DNA of 63,993 bases, filler included, from Stramenopiles sp. TOSAG23-2 (taxonomy: Eukaryota), in the NCBI GenBank assembly GCA_900128395.1. It is 6 parts of 6 records of this genome, joined end to end, with 100 filler letters (N's around TTAATTAATTAA, not from the genome) between each part and the next. Parts side by side here need not be neighbours in the genome. Positions count along the whole stretch, not along the records: positions 54,534 to 63,993 come from LT650099.1; 5 more parts are not named here. One strand, given 5' to 3'. Both the position numbers and the translations under genes were made by a program. Shown in pieces: positions 57,370 to 63,993 of the stretch (the first letter of the stretch is position 1; the number at the start of each line of letters is the position of its first letter). Under the pieces are notes generated by a model, which was given only the letters and a program-made list of their open reading frames with translations, did no database searches and had not been told where the DNA came from.

Positions 57370-58797
57370 ATGACACAAACCTCCCCTATCGCCTACAAAA
57401 AATGTAAATATAAATATTGATAATAAAAATGGTAAAGTTATACCAATCCAACCAAATAGTCTTGATTTTAAAGATTTAAGTCCATCCTCATTGATAGATA
57501 ATAATTTATTAATGTTTCGTAAAGTTAGACAATCAAAAGGTACACCAAGAGGATTGTGGACATCTTCGCCGACAAATTCCAATATGTCGGACTTGATGGC
57601 ATTTTCATTTAAAAAAGAGCCAAAAGAAGAACATACTAAAGTTTCAACACCAACGTATTTAACAGTACCAATTGCATCGTATTGGGGAGAAAGAAAAGAT
57701 GATTTATGGCTAAAATATGTTAAAGATTTAAAAGCATATTCATATGATTTGCATGCACATAATAGAAAAGTCGAACAAATTGCATCTAATCGAAAAAACA
57801 TAGATTGGTCAAATAGTATTAATATCGATGATAATCAATATTTAGAGAGCAAATCATCCATGGTAGAATATTTAATGTCTAAAATGGATAATAATGATTC
57901 ATCAACTGATTTAAATGAAAAGAAAAATTATAATAATAATAATAATAATAAATCATTATTATTATCAAATACAAATAACAAAATAATAGATAATCGAAAA
58001 CATAATAATAAAAATGATAAATGGAACAACAAGGAAAAAACCATGATGAACGGGTACTAGATGATCCTTTGCGCATAGGATATTTTAAATTGCAAGTATT
58101 ATTTTCGAAAAAAATAACAAAGTATATTATGATTAAATATTGTGATGATGCGCCTGCAAAAAAGTTTTTACCTATAGACATAAAATTGAAATATGATAAT
58201 CGTGACAAGTTCGAAATCGCAATTCAATCTAATAAATTAATAATAAAACCTTTCAACGAACATGCTTATTCTATTAAGAAAAGTAACAATGATGATAGAG
58301 CATATCCATACAATTTAATTGCAGAATTTAAAATAAAAAAAAAGACTGTTTTAAAGCCCGTAATCGCTTTGATGTTTGCAGTAAAAGATAAATATTACCA
58401 TAACATATCTACATGGTTACAATCTGATGCAATTGCATGCTGGCTTTATGATTGTGAACAATTGTTAATTGAGAAAGGTGGAGATCCAAAGTTAAAATTG
58501 CCAAATTTACAGTTTAAACCGCAAATTTTAAAATTGAATTCTACTAGGAATAATTCACAGCAGCAGGAGCATCCATATTATAATGTAATCGAACAAAAAT
58601 CATCTGTATTTGAATTAGATGAAGAACCTTCTATCGAAATGACATGGGGAAATATTAAAGATGAGGAGGAGGGTATTGATGGGGAGATGGTAATGGCAGA
58701 AAATGATTTTAGCGACGATAGTGGTGGAGAAGATGATGAGGAGGAGGAAGATGAAATGGGGAAAGGAATGAATGAAGTTATAAACAATGCATATTAA
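57370..58797 (+). pseudogene. Hypothetical gene split over frames (57374-58060 and 58021-58797)
   Basis: Two overlapping coding-like ORFs. The ATG at 57370 is one base out of frame with the first. Could be frameshifts, sequence errors or unresolved splicing. Confidence 0.4.
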
Positions 58798-59058
58798 AAA
58801 AGATACTGATTACGTATTTTCTTAAAAATTCATATTTTTACCCTGTTTGTGTTACACTCTGAAATTTATTTTTGAAAAACATACAGTACGATTTACAACA
58901 GAAGATTTTCTGAATGTGTGTATAATACGTAATACGTATTATACACAATAATACGAATTTACAGTATGGTAACACCCTATTTTTACAAGAACACCATATA
59001 TGCAGTAATTATATCACATATATATTATCCATATGTCACGGACAATTGTCGTATTTTT

Positions 59059-61875
59059 TCAATTTTTGTACTTTCTCTTAACAGCTGCAAAACTTGCAAC
59101 TGATCGACAGTATAATAACCCTCCCCACCATTCATCCCTAATTGTCTCCGTTGGAGCGGCTAAATGTAAAGCCAAGGTGACATCATCTGGACTCACAACA
59201 CTTAAAATAAAAACCTTCGAGCTATCAATTACGCGATTGCTATGCATCAATTTATAATTTGGAGAGTTTGGCGATATTTTTTCAACTGAAGTAACATTTT
59301 CTAATGGTATAAGACCACCATTTCCACTTGAATTTTCATACCATTGTAATTCGCATAAATTTGGTGCTAACCAAAATGTACACTCAGCGGCAATCCATGA
59401 CGATGATAAATATCTACTTTCATCGTTCTTCGCGTTTTCCGTTAAACACATAAGCTCACCGCCTTTTAAAATTGGATCTATTAATTCATGAGCAGTATTG
59501 ACTTGCATAGCATCAGGTAAACCTAACACTGGCAACGAACGACGCATTTGATAGGCAAATATGCCATCATTATTTTGTAGGTCTATGGTTTTGTTGTAAC
59601 TCAAATTACTTTTTGACAATTTAACATCCATATTACTGCCATAGTTATTATCTATAATATTAAATACACTTCCATTACTACTGCTAATATTTGTTGGTGA
59701 CTGGGAAACTTTTTTTCCACCGCTATAAACATCTAAATGTGCCCATTCATATTTTGATTGAGTTATTGCATTGTAATTAGTAACAGAGCCTTGCAGGTTC
59801 ATATTACCCCTGGAATTGTTTTTAGTATTATTATCATCATTATTGCTTGATTCAATTATTACACTACCAGATCTTTTTATATGAATTCTTCTAGAAGGTG
59901 ATATTGCAGTTGTGTTATTAAACGAAGCATTTAAATTAATGTTTGTATTATTATTATCACCACTATTGTTGTTGTTGTGGTCATTGTCACGAATTTCTTT
60001 ATTGTTGTATCTATTTCGTCGATTCCTTAATATTCGCTGTACTTGATCGTCTAAATCATCTCGAATATTAACAATATTTGTGTCCCCTGACTTTTTATTT
60101 GATTTTGGTGTGGGATTCAATACGGAATTTGCCAGTAGTAATTTTGATTCAACCGACATCTTTTTTTCTAATTTTGTAATAAAATTTTCGCTATCTTTCA
60201 TTGCAGATATAATTAACGGAGAAGAAAATCCCAAAGTTTTATTATTTGTTAAATTTGAATTGCTACTTGGTGTTTTTGGATTGCTCGGTGTGTATTGTTC
60301 ATTATATTTTTGAATTAGTATTTTTGCACTTGATACAGGAGTTTGATTTTTTGTAACAATGTCATTCACAGATTTCGTTACGCTCATCTCTTGATTATCG
60401 TTATCATTTCTAAGTAAGATTTGTTTATTAATGACTCTTGACGAAGTTAACATTCTGTCATTTCTAGTATTGTCCCGATTATTCCTATTTCTACTTTTGG
60501 TGGCGCTATTATTTTTTTGAAAATATTTATTTGTTTTATACTTATTTATAAAATGTTCATTACCATTTTTCTTAATATTCCCACCAGGTCGTAATGGTCT
60601 TATCATATTTAAATCTAACATGTTATTGACACTGGACTGCTGACTAATATTGTCATTATTTGAAGCGTTGATCGCTTTTTCTTTTTCTTCTTTATTTTCT
60701 ATCATATTTATTTCTTCTTCTTCTTCTTTCACAGGAGGTCGAATATTATTTTTTGTATTGTTGTTACTGATGCTAGGGTTTTTGTTGCTGATGCCAGCCT
60801 GTTCAATTTTAGCATCCAATAATTGTAATTTTTTCTTTAAATTATCCATTTCCATTTCCAGTTCCATTTTGCTCAAAAGTATTTCATCTGCAGATGTATT
60901 GGTTTGCATATAAAAATGGCTGGTGCTTTTCTCTTTTGTATTTCTATTATCAATTTGATTACGAGGAGTATTACTTGGAAGCTCACTTGTTTCATTTACA
61001 ACAATAACTTTAAATTTACTAGGCTCCTCCTTTATTGGTGTTCGTACATGATGTTGTAATATCATTGAAGGTTGCTGTTTAAACATCTTCATCTTACTAG
61101 GCTTTTTAACAATACTCGGTGAAGTCTGTTCTTCATCATCACTGTAATTTTCATACTTTACATCAGCATCATTGTAAGAATCCATCATATTATTATTATC
61201 ATCAATACCAACAACTACTTGATTTTCTAATATAGTTTGAACTCTTCGGGGTAAACTACTTGTATTCACTGGGGATGGGCTTTTCTTTGTATTGTCAGAC
61301 GATTGCAGTTGTAGTAATGGATTCGTAAATGTAATTTGCTCGTTTTTCTCTTCAATTGTAGCAATATTATTTTGCTTTGCATTAGATGCAGCATTGCTTG
61401 GTTCCATCGTATTTGGTGACATTGCAGGTGGTAAATTTTGTTCTGGTGATTTATTATTATTATTATTATTACTATTACTATTATTATTATTATTATTGGC
61501 TTTGTTATTCACATATAATGTTTCGTCAAATAAATCTTCATCTACATTTTGTACAGTTTTTACTACATCTTCAGGTTCTTTATTTACAACTGCATTGTTC
61601 TTTTTTGATGCAATACTTTCTTTCAAAGTATCGAGTCTTATTGTGCTTCTCCTGGTATTTGATTTGTTACTCTTCTTTTTATCCATTCTTCTTTTCTTGT
61701 TATTATTTACTCCTACCTTCTTTTCTTCATCTTGCGTCACAACTTCGCTATTATCATTATTATTATTATCGTTGCCAAGTAGACTATTCAAAGATATCGA
61801 GACACGCCTACTTGGCCGCCTGGGCAATCTTTTTGTTCTACCACTAACTCTATTTCTTTTATTAGATGAAGTCAT
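59059..61875 (-). CDS. Large disordered protein with C-terminal PH-like domain
   Basis: ILKGGELM...FWLAPNLCELQW...IPLENVTSV...LHLAAPTETIRDEWWGGL resembles PLC-type PH domains. First ATG at 61875. Confidence 0.8.
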   Translation of the reverse strand: MTSSNKRNRVSGRTKRLPRRPSRRVSISLNSLLGNDNNNNDNSEVVTQDEEKKVGVNNNKKRRMDKKKSNKSNTRRSTIRLDTLKESIASKKNNAVVNKEPEDVVKTVQNVDEDLFDETLYVNNKANNNNNNSNSNNNNNNKSPEQNLPPAMSPNTMEPSNAASNAKQNNIATIEEKNEQITFTNPLLQLQSSDNTKKSPSPVNTSSLPRRVQTILENQVVVGIDDNNNMMDSYNDADVKYENYSDDEEQTSPSIVKKPSKMKMFKQQPSMILQHHVRTPIKEEPSKFKVIVVNETSELPSNTPRNQIDNRNTKEKSTSHFYMQTNTSADEILLSKMELEMEMDNLKKKLQLLDAKIEQAGISNKNPSISNNNTKNNIRPPVKEEEEEINMIENKEEKEKAINASNNDNISQQSSVNNMLDLNMIRPLRPGGNIKKNGNEHFINKYKTNKYFQKNNSATKSRNRNNRDNTRNDRMLTSSRVINKQILLRNDNDNQEMSVTKSVNDIVTKNQTPVSSAKILIQKYNEQYTPSNPKTPSSNSNLTNNKTLGFSSPLIISAMKDSENFITKLEKKMSVESKLLLANSVLNPTPKSNKKSGDTNIVNIRDDLDDQVQRILRNRRNRYNNKEIRDNDHNNNNSGDNNNTNINLNASFNNTTAISPSRRIHIKRSGSVIIESSNNDDNNTKNNSRGNMNLQGSVTNYNAITQSKYEWAHLDVYSGGKKVSQSPTNISSSNGSVFNIIDNNYGSNMDVKLSKSNLSYNKTIDLQNNDGIFAYQMRRSLPVLGLPDAMQVNTAHELIDPILKGGELMCLTENAKNDESRYLSSSWIAAECTFWLAPNLCELQWYENSSGNGGLIPLENVTSVEKISPNSPNYKLMHSNRVIDSSKVFILSVVSPDDVTLALHLAAPTETIRDEWWGGLLYCRSVASFAAVKRKYKN

Positions 61876-62379
61876 TTTGCCTGTTTGATATGTGATATTT
61901 GTTTTGATCTTGACAATTACCTTTTGCACAATCGGTTATGAATATATATCGATATATGTATAACGTTATATATTAATTTGTGATTTTTTAGGTATAAGTT
62001 GATGAGGTGATGAAGCAAAATTACAATGAAAGTACAATGTAAATCAATGCTATTCAATGCTATAATACATTACATTGGTGAAGTTATGTCACATTATACA
62101 TCACCAGCTTTTTTAATTTTTTCCAGCCTTTTGTGCTTTTCACTTTTTTTCACGAATTTTCGTATAGATCCATCTCCTGGTATTATTATACTGTAAGTCA
62201 TGATGATATATAATATATTTTAAACAACTTATGCATAATAATATAATTCTATAAATCAAATCAACAATAATACTATAATTACAAGTTGTTCAAGCAATAC
62301 ACACTACGCAACACACGTTTTTCCATTCCAAATTTACATTATCGATTATATATACAAGTCAATATAATACAATCTAATA

Positions 62380-63540
62380 ATGTCAAGGATGAATGATACA
62401 GATGCAAGGCTTGCTAGGCTACGTGAAAAATCAAGATTATTATCAAGTTCTATGAAAGATCACGAAGATCGTTTAAATAGGATATCTAACTCTTTAGCAG
62501 AGTCATACAGCAGTGCGCAATTTACAAAATCAAATCGAGACTCGAATGCATTTAGAACAAGCTTAAGAGAATCAATAAATATGCAATCACAAGCTCGCCA
62601 GTTTCAAGAAAAGGAATTTAATAGCACGTATCAACCACCACCTCCTCCACAAGCAGGGTATGATTATAATAATAATAATAATATGAACTCACCATTAACT
62701 ACAGCTGCGTTAGAAAGTTTAAGTTATACTAATGGAATAGACCAAACTGCAAGTCCTGAAAAAGCTGTAATGGATGCGGCGAAGGATTACGTTAATGCAA
62801 TGACAAATAGAAACAATGAAATTGAAGAATTACGGCGTGTTATTACTGTTAAAACTGTAAAATTGAGATTAGCAGAAGAAGAAGTAGAACGATTGAAACA
62901 GGCGGAGGAAAAAGCACGTATGAGTAATTTAGAACTTACAGGTGTTATTGAAAAATTAAAAGAAAGAGGAGATATTGAAGAAGGCGCTAAAGAAGATTTA
63001 GCAGCACGTATTTTAGCATTAGAACATACATTAGATTTACAAAAGAAGACAAATGAACAACTTCAAAAGGAAATTACAAATGAAGTTGTAAGACGTGAAA
63101 GTGCAATAAAAGGACAACGAGAAGCGGAGAATGAAATGAAAAATTTACAAGCTTTAACGGAACAAGCTAATTCACAAGAAAACAATGCGAGGACAGATTT
63201 ACGTACAGAACGTATGGAATTTATTGAGTCTCAAAAATTATTACGAAAGGAGACTATAACATTGACCCAGGAAATTACAACATTGGCAACTAATAATTCT
63301 GAATTAAGATCTAAAGTTGCTTCATTAGAGCGTGCAACAAATGGGACAATGTCTGAAAATAAACAAATTAAAATGGTACATAAAGCAACTGTACAACAAT
63401 TGTTAGCAACTAGGGAAGAGCTTCGTGATGAACAAAATAGACGTAGAAAAGCAGAAGCTGATTTAGCACGATATAGAGGTGTTTTGAAAATACAAATGAA
63501 AGGTAGAATGGAAAATGAAGAAGATATGATGGGACAGTAA
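62380..63540 (+). CDS. Coiled-coil protein of unknown function
   Basis: 386-codon ORF with an E/K/R/L-rich heptad C-terminal two-thirds. Confidence 0.82.
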   Translation: MSRMNDTDARLARLREKSRLLSSSMKDHEDRLNRISNSLAESYSSAQFTKSNRDSNAFRTSLRESINMQSQARQFQEKEFNSTYQPPPPPQAGYDYNNNNNMNSPLTTAALESLSYTNGIDQTASPEKAVMDAAKDYVNAMTNRNNEIEELRRVITVKTVKLRLAEEEVERLKQAEEKARMSNLELTGVIEKLKERGDIEEGAKEDLAARILALEHTLDLQKKTNEQLQKEITNEVVRRESAIKGQREAENEMKNLQALTEQANSQENNARTDLRTERMEFIESQKLLRKETITLTQEITTLATNNSELRSKVASLERATNGTMSENKQIKMVHKATVQQLLATREELRDEQNRRRKAEADLARYRGVLKIQMKGRMENEEDMMGQ

Positions 63541-63783
63541 AATAAAAAAGAACACAGAGAGAGAGAGAGAAATAATGTGTGCGTACAAAATTTTTGTGTG
63601 GTTGTAATAAATGGTAATGATAAAATATTTAAAATACACACTTGTTAAATATTTTATATGATACGTGTAATATATCACATAAATTTTTTTAAAGAAATAT
63701 AATACAGTGTCGGTAATATGACCAAAAGAAGCTTTTTTAATATTACCTGCACCACAACATAAATCACAAATTTACATATTTAT

Positions 63784-63950
63784 TTATACCGTCCCAGCAC
63801 CATATTGTTTCAAAATATCTTTTAAATCCTCTCTTGCAACACTCCATGCATTTTTACCTGATTTACTTTTGACATTTACACTTGTTTTTTGACGTTTATC
63901 TGCTAATAATATCCTCATAATCTCTTTGTGGCCACTCCATGCACCAAAAC
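63784..63950 (-). CDS. C-terminal part of an ankyrin-repeat protein (5' part unresolved or outside the window)
   Basis: GAWSGHKEIMRILLA...VNVKSKSGKNAWSVA...LKDIL. Confidence 0.6.
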
Positions 63951-63993
63951 AAATACAACAACAACAAACAAACAACAGACATCATCTTTTGTG

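Noticed and set aside
57371-57373. In-frame TGA as evidence for readthrough or an alternative genetic code
   Set aside because: TGA, TAA and TAG all end well-supported genes in this window, and the upstream frame soon hits another stop.

Overview
AT-rich eukaryotic (protist) DNA using the standard code, with GT-AG introns and poly-Asn/Gln tracts. It is not one locus. Six contigs are joined by artificial 100-nt spacers (N44-TTAATTAATTAA-N44): 1-10830, 10931-21753, 21854-32655, 32756-43553, 43654-54433 and 54534-end. The complete ones fall in decreasing length (~10.8 kb), so neighbours across spacers are unrelated. Contigs 1 and 3 are whole-contig palindromes. Contig 1 mirrors an SLC12 cotransporter and eIF4E around a polyA/polyT centre. 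Contig 3 mirrors a degenerate dynein heavy chain around a (TA)n centre. Fold-back artefacts are the most likely cause, but this is testable. Contig 4 starts and ends with the same 55 nt, so it is either a circle or a ~10.7-kb tandem unit. It carries a 5S rRNA gene missed by the ORF track, a frameshifted HNH nuclease, elongin C, a truncated Trm10 fragment and a modular HET/TIR-like protein with LRR- and TPR-like regions. This unit is the best candidate for an undescribed system. Other genes include a USP-DUSP deubiquitinase, BORCS8, a CaMK-like kinase, three PH proteins, a PH-Ariadne RBR ligase, a mucin/EGF membrane protein and ankyrin fragments. All family calls come from motif recognition by eye, with no database searches.
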